From: Burkholderiales bacterium
GTDB lineage: Bacteria; Pseudomonadota; Gammaproteobacteria; Burkholderiales; JAEUOS01
Length of the DNA: 64,000 bases
Direction: 5' to 3'
Assembly: GCA_947473125.1 (NCBI GenBank)
Contig: CANJDH010000013.1
Location: 1,146-65,145 of the forward strand
In this document: one piece after another, positions 9,042 through 17,102 of the stretch
How the letters are laid out: every line of letters starts with the position of its first letter
Position numbering within the stretch: position 1 is the first letter of the stretch
Notes under the pieces: generated by a model
The model's database searches: none
What the model was told of the DNA's origin: nothing
What the model saw: the letters and a program-made list of their open reading frames with translations, nothing else
Position numbers and translations under genes: made by a program

Positions 9042-10031
9042 TTACCTCGGTTCTTTCTCGGGCGGGTCCTGGCGCACGGGCTTGGCGCCGGGCCGCGTGA
9101 TGTCGTCGATCATGCGTTTGAAGCCGTCCATCACGGTCGGCTTCTCGATTTCCGGCGGCCGGTTGTCGACAATCGCCTTCTGCAGGCTGAACACGCTTTG
9201 CGGCCGCTCCAGGTGGTCGAGGAGCAGGCACCAATCGATGATCTCGAGCAGCTCGCGCGAGTACTTGCCCTTGAACACCTTGACGCAAGGTTGCATCCGG
9301 TCCTTGTCGAGGCGTAGGTCGGCAGCCTGCGGCGCCATGCCCGACAGGCACGAGAACATCGCGGCGCCGATCGAGTAGACGTCGGTCCACGGGCCCAGCT
9401 GGTCGCGGTTCTTGTATTGCTCAGGCGCCGCAAAGCCAGGCGTGTACATCGGGTTCAGTTTTGGCGCATCGGTGATCAGGGTCTGGCGTGCCGCGCCGAA
9501 ATCGAGCAGCACCGGGATGCCGTCGTTGCGGATATAGATGTTGGCCGGCTTGATGTCTAGGTGCAGGAGCTTGTTGGTGTGCACCTCGCGCAGGCCGTTC
9601 ATGAGCTGAACGAACACGTGGCGGATGAAGTTTTCCTTGATTTCGCCCTTGCGCTGCAGGATGTGCTCCTGCATGCTGCGCCCGCGCTCGTATTGCATCA
9701 CCATGTAGACGGTTTCGTTGGCGCGGAAGAAATTGACCACGCGTACCACATTCGGGTGGGAAATGCGCGCGAGGGCGCGGCCTTCCTCGAAAAAGCATTT
9801 CAGGCCGTAGCGAAACAGGTTCTGGTGCTCGGGCGAGATGGTCGGCACGATCTGGCCCTTGCCGCGCAGCGACAGACCGGCGGGCAGGTATTCCTTGATC
9901 GCTACCGGAGCGCCGTACTCGTCGTAGGCGAGGTACACGATCGAGAATCCTCCCGAGGCCAAAGGCTTGGAAACGCGGTAGTTTTCAAGGATCGTGTTTT
10001 CCGGCAAAGCCGAATTCGACTGCGCAGCCAT
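9042..10031 (-). CDS. Hanks-type Ser/Thr protein kinase (soluble; no TM or sensor domain seen)
   Basis: VAIKEY, HLDIKPANIYI, DFGAAR, TPGFAAPEQ catalytic motifs; 329 aa. Confidence 0.9.
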   Translation of the reverse strand: MAAQSNSALPENTILENYRVSKPLASGGFSIVYLAYDEYGAPVAIKEYLPAGLSLRGKGQIVPTISPEHQNLFRYGLKCFFEEGRALARISHPNVVRVVNFFRANETVYMVMQYERGRSMQEHILQRKGEIKENFIRHVFVQLMNGLREVHTNKLLHLDIKPANIYIRNDGIPVLLDFGAARQTLITDAPKLNPMYTPGFAAPEQYKNRDQLGPWTDVYSIGAAMFSCLSGMAPQAADLRLDKDRMQPCVKVFKGKYSRELLEIIDWCLLLDHLERPQSVFSLQKAIVDNRPPEIEKPTVMDGFKRMIDDITRPGAKPVRQDPPEKEPR

Positions 10032-10109
10032 GGTGCTCCTGCCACGAATCTATAATCGGGCATGGTTGACCTTCAATCAACGCATTCTAATCAAAGAACC
10101 CCAACCCCA

Positions 10110-10991
10110 ATGATTCTCTCCATGACCGGCTTCGCGGCGGTGTCGCGCGACCTTCCGCACGGCGCGCTCAATCTCGAGATCAAGAGTGTCAACTCGCGCT
10201 TCCTCGACCTGATGTTTCGCCTGGCCGATGAAGTACGCTCGCTGGAGCCGACGTTGCGCGAAACCCTGACACAGAGCGTGACCCGCGGCAAGGTGGAGGT
10301 GCGCCTCGGCTACGGCAAGGATAGCCAGGCCGGGCAGACCCGCGCCGGGCGACCGCTGCAACTCAACGAGGAGGCGGTGCGTCGTCTCGGCGAAGCGGCA
10401 GGCGCCGTCAAACGCCTGGTGCCCGAGGCGCTTGACCTGCGTGTGATGGAAGTGCTGCACTGGCCGGGAGTGCTCGAAGACACCGCCCTGACCGCAGACC
10501 AGATGCTCGAGGCGGTCCTGGCAATGATGGGCGAGGCGATGGGGGAGTTCAGCGCGTCGCGCGCACGTGAAGGCGAGAAGCTCAAGCAGATGCTGCTGAC
10601 GCGGGTGGCGGGGGTCGAGGACTGGGTGAAGAAAACCGAGCCGCTGATGCCGCAGGCGGTGGCCGACCTGCAGGTCAAGATGACGGCGCGTTTGCGCGAC
10701 GCACTAGGCGCCGCCGACGATGAACGGGTGCGCCAGGAAGTGGCAATGTTCGGGATCAAGATCGACGTCGCCGAGGAACTGTCGCGCCTCGAGGCGCATT
10801 TGAGCGAAGTGCGGCGCGTGCTGGACAAAGGGGGGGCTTGCGGCAAGCGGCTCGACTTCCTGATGCAGGAGCTGAACCGCGAAGCCAATACCCTGGGGTC
10901 CAAGTCGGTATCCGGCGAAATCTCGACGGCCGCGATGGAAATGAAAATCCTGATCGAGCAAATGCGCGAACAGGTCCAGAACATCGAGTAG
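10110..10991 (+). CDS. yicC: YicC family stress-induced protein
   Basis: Track ORF trimmed to MILSMTGFA, the family-typical N-terminus. C-terminal DFLMQELNREANTLGSKS motif. Confidence 0.9.
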   Translation: MILSMTGFAAVSRDLPHGALNLEIKSVNSRFLDLMFRLADEVRSLEPTLRETLTQSVTRGKVEVRLGYGKDSQAGQTRAGRPLQLNEEAVRRLGEAAGAVKRLVPEALDLRVMEVLHWPGVLEDTALTADQMLEAVLAMMGEAMGEFSASRAREGEKLKQMLLTRVAGVEDWVKKTEPLMPQAVADLQVKMTARLRDALGAADDERVRQEVAMFGIKIDVAEELSRLEAHLSEVRRVLDKGGACGKRLDFLMQELNREANTLGSKSVSGEISTAAMEMKILIEQMREQVQNIE

Positions 10992-11009
10992 GCATCCGGT
11001 GAGTATCGA

Positions 11010-11654
11010 ATGAGTGGATCCCTTTTTGTTGTGGCAGCACCGTCCGGTGCGGGCAAATCGAGCCTGGTCAACGCGCTGCTGGCGCGCGACGCCAATCTGG
11101 TGTTGTCGATCTCCTACACCACCCGTGCCATGCGGCCCGGGGAGGTTCAGGGCCGCGACTATCATTTTGTCGGGCGCGAGGCGTTTTTCGCCATGCGCGA
11201 ACACGGCGACTTTCTCGAAAGCGCCGAAGTGCACGGCAATTTCTACGCGACTTCGCGAAGCTGGATCGAAGCCGAAATGCGCGGAGGCCGCGACATCATG
11301 CTTGAAATCGATTGCCAAGGTGCGGCGCAAATCAAACGCATGTTCCCTGACGTGGTGAGCGTGTTCATCCTGCCGCCGTCGCGCGCCGAACTTGCGCGGC
11401 GCCTGCTTGACCGGGGCACCGACAGCGAGCCGGAAATAGCGCGGCGGATGGCTAATGCCGAAGAAGAAATGCGCCGAGCCGGAGAGTTCGACTATGCTAT
11501 CATCAACGCTACCTTTTCCGAGGCGCTTGACGCGTTGCACGCCGTCGTGGTGGCAGCGCGTTTGCGGTTCCGGCAAGTGGCCGGGCGTGAGCCCGGTGCA
11601 TTCCGGGAACTTGGCATACCCCTCGCAACCCCTTGTAAGCGTTTCACAACCTGA
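11010..11654 (+). CDS. gmk: guanylate kinase
   Basis: P-loop APSGAGKSSL and SISYTTRAMRPGEVQGRDYHF motif. Confidence 0.95.
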   Translation: MSGSLFVVAAPSGAGKSSLVNALLARDANLVLSISYTTRAMRPGEVQGRDYHFVGREAFFAMREHGDFLESAEVHGNFYATSRSWIEAEMRGGRDIMLEIDCQGAAQIKRMFPDVVSVFILPPSRAELARRLLDRGTDSEPEIARRMANAEEEMRRAGEFDYAIINATFSEALDALHAVVVAARLRFRQVAGREPGAFRELGIPLATPCKRFTT

Positions 11655-11663
11655 GCACACCCC

Positions 11664-11870
11664 ATGGCCCGCATTACCGTCGAAGATTGTCTGATGAAAA
11701 TCCCGAATCGCTTCAATCTGACGCTCGCCGCGACCTATCGAGCGCGCCAGCTGGCGCAAGGTGCCGCCCCGAAGATTGACGCCGGACGCGACAAATTCAC
11801 GGTCATCGCGCTACGCGAAATCGCGGGCGGCCATGTCGGCGTGGAGATGCTCAAGCGCGTCCAGACTTGA
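11664..11870 (+). CDS. rpoZ: DNA-directed RNA polymerase subunit omega
   Basis: [10 protein letters not shown]...[16 protein letters not shown]; 68 aa; gmk-rpoZ-spoT synteny. Confidence 0.95.
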   Translation: MARITVEDCLMKIPNRFNLTLAATYRARQLAQGAAPKIDAGRDKFTVIALREIAGGHVGVEMLKRVQT

Positions 11871-11893
11871 GCTGAGGCGGTCGCGGGGATGCC

Positions 11894-14185
11894 ATGGACA
11901 ATCGCTCCCAACCCCGCAGTGCCGCACGCGCCCAGGTAGTCAACCTCGACGAGGCGCGCGGCCGCCTCGTCTCCCGAGCGCCGGGCTTACCTGAGTCGCC
12001 GCCGCCGGCAGTGTCGCCAGGCGCATCCCCCGAATCCCCTGGTGAGCTGTCCAGCAAGGCCGGCCAGTTCGACTCCTTCAAGACGATTCTTGCCGGGTAC
12101 CTGAAAAGCGCAGATATCGAGCGCATCGCTGAGGCCTACGCCTTCAGTGATGAAGCGCACGCTGGCCAGATGCGCGTCAGCGGCGAGGAATACATCACCC
12201 ACCCGCTGGCGGTCGCCGGCATCTGCGCGTCCTGGAAGCTCGACACCCAGGCCTTGATGGCGGCACTGCTGCACGACGTGGTCGAAGACACCGGCATCAC
12301 CATCAACGACGTGGCCTCGCGCTTCGGTGCACCGGTGGGCGAGCTCGTCGACGGCCTCTCGAAGCTCGACAAGATCGAGTTCGAAAGCCAGGAGGACGCG
12401 CAGGCGGAGAATTTCCGCAAGATGCTGTTGGCGATGGCGCGCGACGTACGCGTGATCCTGGTCAAGCTTGCCGACCGCCTGCACAACATGCGCACCATCG
12501 GCTCCCTGCGCTCCGACAAACGGCGCCGCATTGCGCGCGAAACGCTCGAGATTTACGCGCCGATCGCGCATCGCCTGGGCCTGAACCAGGTGTATCGCGA
12601 GTTGCAGGACCTGTCTTTCGCCAACCTGTACCCGCATCGCTTTGCGGTGATCTCGCGCGCGATCAAGTCGGCGCGCGGCAATCGCCGCGAAGGCGTCAAC
12701 AAGATTCTCGAGGCGATCCAGAAGGCCCTGCCCGAGGCTGGGATCCATGCGCAGGTGTATGGCCGCGAGAAGCACGTCTACGGCATTTACCGCAAGATGG
12801 TCGAGAAGCGCCTCACGTTTTCACAGGTGCTCGACGTCTACGGCTTTCGCGTGGTGGTCAAGGATGTTGCCACCAGCTACCACGCGCTGGGCGTGCTGCA
12901 TGCCCTCTACAAGCCGGTGCCGGGCAAGTTCAAGGATTACATCGCTATCCCCAAAGTGAATGGCTACCAGTCCCTGCATACCACCCTGATCGGGCCGTTC
13001 GGCACACCGGTCGAGTTGCAGATTCGCACTGCCGACATGCATCGCATCGCCGAGGCCGGCGTTGCCGCACACTGGCTCTACAAGAGTGACGATTCGGCAA
13101 TTTCGGACGTGCAGAAAAAAACCCACAAATGGTTGCAGTCCCTGCTCGACATCCAGAATTCCTCGGGTGACCCGGCCGAATTCCTCGAACACGTGAAGGT
13201 TGACCTGTTTCCCGACGAGGTCTACGTCTTCACCCCGAAGGGCCGCATCATGTCGCTCCCGCGCGGGGCGACTGCCGTCGATTTTGCCTACACGGTGCAC
13301 ACCGGCGTGGGCGATGCCTGCGTGGGTTGCAAGATCAACAACGAGCCGATGCCGCTGCGTACCGAACTCAAGAACGGCGACCTGGTTGAAATCATCACGT
13401 CGGCAGGCTCCCAGCCGAATCCGGGCTGGCTGGGCTTTGTGCGTACTGGCAAGGCGCGAGCCCACATCCGTCATTTCATGAAGACCATGAAATTCGAGGA
13501 GTCCGCAGCGCTCGGCGAGCGCCTGCTCGGGCAGGCATTGCGCGCCGCCGGGATCAATGACATCGAACTCGACTCGGCGCGCTGGGACAAGCTGCTGCGC
13601 GACGTCGGCGTCAAGTCGCGCAGCGAACTGTTTGCCGACATTGGCTTGGGCAAGCGCCTCGCCGCAGTGGTGGCGCGCCGCTTTCTCAGCGGCGCCCCGG
13701 GTGACGTCCAGGACCGCCAGCGCGACATGCGCACCGCGCCGGTACTGATTCGCGGTGCCGACGGCATGGCGGTACAGTTGGCGCAATGCTGCCAGCCGAT
13801 ACCGGGCGACCCGATTATTGGGCTTATCAGCAAGGGGCAAGGCCTGACGATCCACACCCACGACTGCAAGGCGATCGCCAAATCGCGCCGCAAGGACCAT
13901 CACGACTGGGTGGATGTCGAGTGGGATCCGGAACCGGACCGCTTTTTCACGGTCGGCATCCGCGTCATCGTCTCGAACGGACGCGGCATCCTCGCCAAGG
14001 TGGCTGCGGCCCTCACCTCGGCCGATACCAACATCACCAACGTCCACACCGAAGACGACGAATCGGGTAATTACGCCAACATGGAATTCTCGATCCAGGT
14101 GGCAGACCGGCAGCACCTTGCGCGCGTGCTGCGGCGCCTGCGTCATCTGCCGGAAGTGGTGCGCATCGTGCGTGTCAAAAGCTGA
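11894..14185 (+). CDS. spoT: bifunctional (p)ppGpp synthetase/hydrolase (RelA/SpoT homologue)
   Basis: HD hydrolase motif HPLAVAGI...LLHDVVEDT, synthetase segment YRKMVEKR...DVYGFRVVV, TGS and C-terminal ACT-like region. About 60 aa of Pro/Ser-rich N-terminal extension. Confidence 0.95.
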   Translation: MDNRSQPRSAARAQVVNLDEARGRLVSRAPGLPESPPPAVSPGASPESPGELSSKAGQFDSFKTILAGYLKSADIERIAEAYAFSDEAHAGQMRVSGEEYITHPLAVAGICASWKLDTQALMAALLHDVVEDTGITINDVASRFGAPVGELVDGLSKLDKIEFESQEDAQAENFRKMLLAMARDVRVILVKLADRLHNMRTIGSLRSDKRRRIARETLEIYAPIAHRLGLNQVYRELQDLSFANLYPHRFAVISRAIKSARGNRREGVNKILEAIQKALPEAGIHAQVYGREKHVYGIYRKMVEKRLTFSQVLDVYGFRVVVKDVATSYHALGVLHALYKPVPGKFKDYIAIPKVNGYQSLHTTLIGPFGTPVELQIRTADMHRIAEAGVAAHWLYKSDDSAISDVQKKTHKWLQSLLDIQNSSGDPAEFLEHVKVDLFPDEVYVFTPKGRIMSLPRGATAVDFAYTVHTGVGDACVGCKINNEPMPLRTELKNGDLVEIITSAGSQPNPGWLGFVRTGKARAHIRHFMKTMKFEESAALGERLLGQALRAAGINDIELDSARWDKLLRDVGVKSRSELFADIGLGKRLAAVVARRFLSGAPGDVQDRQRDMRTAPVLIRGADGMAVQLAQCCQPIPGDPIIGLISKGQGLTIHTHDCKAIAKSRRKDHHDWVDVEWDPEPDRFFTVGIRVIVSNGRGILAKVAAALTSADTNITNVHTEDDESGNYANMEFSIQVADRQHLARVLRRLRHLPEVVRIVRVKS

Positions 14186-14278
14186 TTTTCACGATTCTGC
14201 CGGTACCAGGCAGAATTCATCCAGCCGCATCATTTGGGGCGCCAACCCCGTTTACTGTTCAACCTTCAAGGACCCAGC

Positions 14279-15298
14279 ATGTTCGAACCGACGCTCGCCG
14301 GCAGCCTCCCGAAACCGTTCTGGCTTGCCGAAACCGGCAAGCTCTGGCCGCAATGGCAGGCCAGCGGCACCGACCTTGCCACCGCCAAACGCGACGCGAC
14401 CCTGCTCTGGCTCAAGGCCCAGGAGGATGCGGGCCTGGCGATCGTGACCGATGGCGAGCAATCGCGCCAGCATTTCGTGCACGGCTTCCTTGAGCAGGTC
14501 GAGGGCATCGATTTCGAGCACAAGGTGAAGATGGGGATTCGCAACAACCGCTACGACGCGATGGTGCCGGTGGTGACCGGCCCATTGCGGCTCAAGGGGC
14601 GTGTGCACCAGATCGAAGCGCAATTTGCGCGCACACACACCAAGTGCAAGCTCAAGATCACGATGCCCGGTCCGATGACCATCGTCGATACGATTGCCGA
14701 CCAGTTCTACGGCGACAAGGTCAAGCTGGCGATGGCATTTGCCGACCTGCTCAACCAGGAAGCGCGCGCCTTGCAGGCCGATGGCGTCGACGTAATCCAG
14801 TTTGACGAGCCGGCCTTCAACGTCTACATGGCCGATGTGACCGCATGGGGCATCGATGCCCTGCATCGCGCCATCGAAGGCCTGACCTGCACGACCGCAG
14901 TGCACATTTGTTACGGCTATGGCATCCAGGCCAACCTTGACTGGAAAAAATCGCTGGGCGACCAGTGGACCCAGTACAACGAAATTTTCCCGGCCCTGGC
15001 TGCGAGCCGCATCAACCAGGTATCGCTTGAATGCGCCAATTCACATGTACCGATGAACCTGATCAGGCTGCTCGCCGGCAAGGACGTGCTGGTCGGCGTG
15101 ATCGACGTGGCCTCCGACCGCATTGAGACACCGGAGGAAGTGGCGGCGACGATCGAGCGGGCCCTGGCATTTGTGCCCAAGGAGCGCCTGTTCCCATGCA
15201 CCAACTGCGGCATGGCGCCGATGTCGCGCGACATCGCGCTCGCCAAGCTGCAGGCGCTCGGCCTCGGTGCGGCACTGGCGCGGGCGCGGCACGCCTGA
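14279..15298 (+). CDS. cobalamin-independent methionine synthase C-terminal-domain-like protein (MetE family, short form)
   Basis: Track ORF trimmed to MFEPTLAGSLPKP. DGEQSRQHF, IQFDEPAF, HICYGY and CTNCGM (zinc-ligand-like His/Cys) motifs. Confidence 0.8.
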   Translation: MFEPTLAGSLPKPFWLAETGKLWPQWQASGTDLATAKRDATLLWLKAQEDAGLAIVTDGEQSRQHFVHGFLEQVEGIDFEHKVKMGIRNNRYDAMVPVVTGPLRLKGRVHQIEAQFARTHTKCKLKITMPGPMTIVDTIADQFYGDKVKLAMAFADLLNQEARALQADGVDVIQFDEPAFNVYMADVTAWGIDALHRAIEGLTCTTAVHICYGYGIQANLDWKKSLGDQWTQYNEIFPALAASRINQVSLECANSHVPMNLIRLLAGKDVLVGVIDVASDRIETPEEVAATIERALAFVPKERLFPCTNCGMAPMSRDIALAKLQALGLGAALARARHA

Positions 15299-15301
15299 GC
15301 G

Positions 15302-16543
15302 GTGCGCCACGCCATCGTCATCGGCGCGGGGCTGGCCGGTGCCGCTGTTTGCGAGCGTCTGTGCACGCGCGGCTGGCGGGTCACGCTGATCGAACGCCAC
15401 GCCGCGCCGGCAGCCGAGGCCTCCGGCAACCATGCAGGCTCATTTCACCCCCTGATTGCGCGCGACGGCAATCGCATGGCGCGGCTTACCCAGGCCGGTG
15501 TCACCTACGCACTTGACTACTGGCGCACCCTCGAAGCGACCGGCGCGCAATTTGGCTGGCAGGCCTGCGGCGCCCTGCAATTGTCGCGCGGGGCTGTCCA
15601 TGGTGGCGCCGGATCCGACCCGGCAGTTGCGCTGGAACAAGGGCAGCAACATGGCGGCCAACCAGGCCCGCACAAGGCGGTTGCGGCACGCGCCGTGGCC
15701 CGGGATGGCGCTTCCGCGCTTGCCGGCGTGGCGCTGGCCGGCGGTGGGGTATTTTTTGAAGACGGCGGCTGGGTACGGCCGGCCGAGCTCGTGGCCGCCC
15801 AGCTGGCGCGATGTAGCTCCCTGCAAGGCACAGACTTCGTCTCCCATTTTGGCCGTGCAGTAGGCCAGGTCAGGCGCAGCGGCGGCGACTGGCAGGTGCT
15901 CGATGCGGCCGGCGTCCCGATTGCCGCTGCCGCCGTGGTGATTGCCGCCGGCGGCGCCTCGGCGGACGTGGCGCGCTGGTTTGGCCAAAGTACCTGGCCG
16001 ATCGATTCGGTGCGCGGGCGGCTCACCGTGATTGATGCACGGGCATGCGTGGCGCCGCGCCTGCCCGTGCACCGCGACGGCTATGTATTGCCGGCGATCG
16101 ACGGGTGCATCGTGGCCGGCGCTTCTTACGAACGCGATGGTGCGCTCGACGCGAGCACGGCGGACCGCGACAACCTGCGCCGGCTGGCGCGCCTGCTGCA
16201 ACTGCCTGACGGCGTGCCGATGGCGCCACTGCCGCAGAGCCGCAGTGCCAGCCGCGCGGTAGCGCTTGATCGCTTGCCGGTGGTCGGTGCGCTGCCCGAC
16301 CCGGCTGCGCTGACCCATGCACTGGTGACGCGCAAGGGCGTGCGCCTGTCTGATTTGCCGCGTCTGGCGGGGGCGTATGTGGCCGGCGCCTACGCCTCGC
16401 GCGGACTGACCTGGGCCGCGCTCGGTGCCGAAGTGCTGGCCTGCATCATTGAAGGCAACGCGCCGCCGCTGGACGGCAATTTGGTGGAGTCAATCGATCC
16501 GGCGCGCTTCGCATTTCGCGCCTTGCGCCGCGCCGGCGCCTGA
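15302..16543 (+). CDS. FAD-dependent oxidoreductase (DAO family; resembles the oxidoreductase half of MnmC)
   Basis: GTG start. Dinucleotide fold IVIGAGLAGAAVCERL...LIER. No methyltransferase half present. Confidence 0.7.
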   Translation: MRHAIVIGAGLAGAAVCERLCTRGWRVTLIERHAAPAAEASGNHAGSFHPLIARDGNRMARLTQAGVTYALDYWRTLEATGAQFGWQACGALQLSRGAVHGGAGSDPAVALEQGQQHGGQPGPHKAVAARAVARDGASALAGVALAGGGVFFEDGGWVRPAELVAAQLARCSSLQGTDFVSHFGRAVGQVRRSGGDWQVLDAAGVPIAAAAVVIAAGGASADVARWFGQSTWPIDSVRGRLTVIDARACVAPRLPVHRDGYVLPAIDGCIVAGASYERDGALDASTADRDNLRRLARLLQLPDGVPMAPLPQSRSASRAVALDRLPVVGALPDPAALTHALVTRKGVRLSDLPRLAGAYVAGAYASRGLTWAALGAEVLACIIEGNAPPLDGNLVESIDPARFAFRALRRAGA

Positions 16544-16547
16544 GGCC

Positions 16548-16985
16548 TTACTCGGACATCGCGATCAGGACATTGCAGGGCGATTGGTCCGTCAGCGTTT
16601 TTCCGACCGAGCCGCGCCACCAGCGCTCGGCCCAGCCCTTGGCACGACGGTGGCCCACGCAGATCAGGTCGGCGCCGATTGCTTTGGCGCGGGCGGTGAT
16701 TTCGTCCACCGGTTCACCGTTGGCGAGTGTGCCTTCGGGGTTGGGGAAGCCGCGTTCACGCAAGCGCGCCAGGCCTTCGTCGAGAATCGCCTGGTAGCGC
16801 TTTTTTTCCTGCTCGAAATCGTTCTCCATGACCATGCCTTCGACTACCATCATGCCCGCGTAGAAGGGGATGACGGCGAGCAGGTGCACCTCCGCCTTGA
16901 TCATCGCCGCGAGGTCGGCGCACTCGCGCAAGGCTTTGCGCCCCTCTTCGGTTCCGTCGTATGCGAGCAATATGCGCTTGTACAT
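16548..16985 (-). CDS. universal stress protein (UspA family)
   Basis: MYKRILLAYDGTEEGRKAL...DLICVGHRR...GSVGKTL...PCNVLI pattern. Confidence 0.85.
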   Translation of the reverse strand: MYKRILLAYDGTEEGRKALRECADLAAMIKAEVHLLAVIPFYAGMMVVEGMVMENDFEQEKKRYQAILDEGLARLRERGFPNPEGTLANGEPVDEITARAKAIGADLICVGHRRAKGWAERWWRGSVGKTLTDQSPCNVLIAMSE

Positions 16986-17102
16986 GGGGCCTTCCTTGGT
17001 CAGATGTGAATGGCCAAATCAGTATACCTGCTGCTGTCGCGGAACAGCAACGCCCGGTTGCTGCGCCGCGCCATGTTCGTCGTCATGCACCGCGCCTTCG
17101 CG

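Noticed and set aside
14194-14219. Hairpin attctgcc-N-ggcagaat after spoT as a terminator.
   Set aside because: The stem is present, but no U-run follows. I cannot support an intrinsic terminator call.
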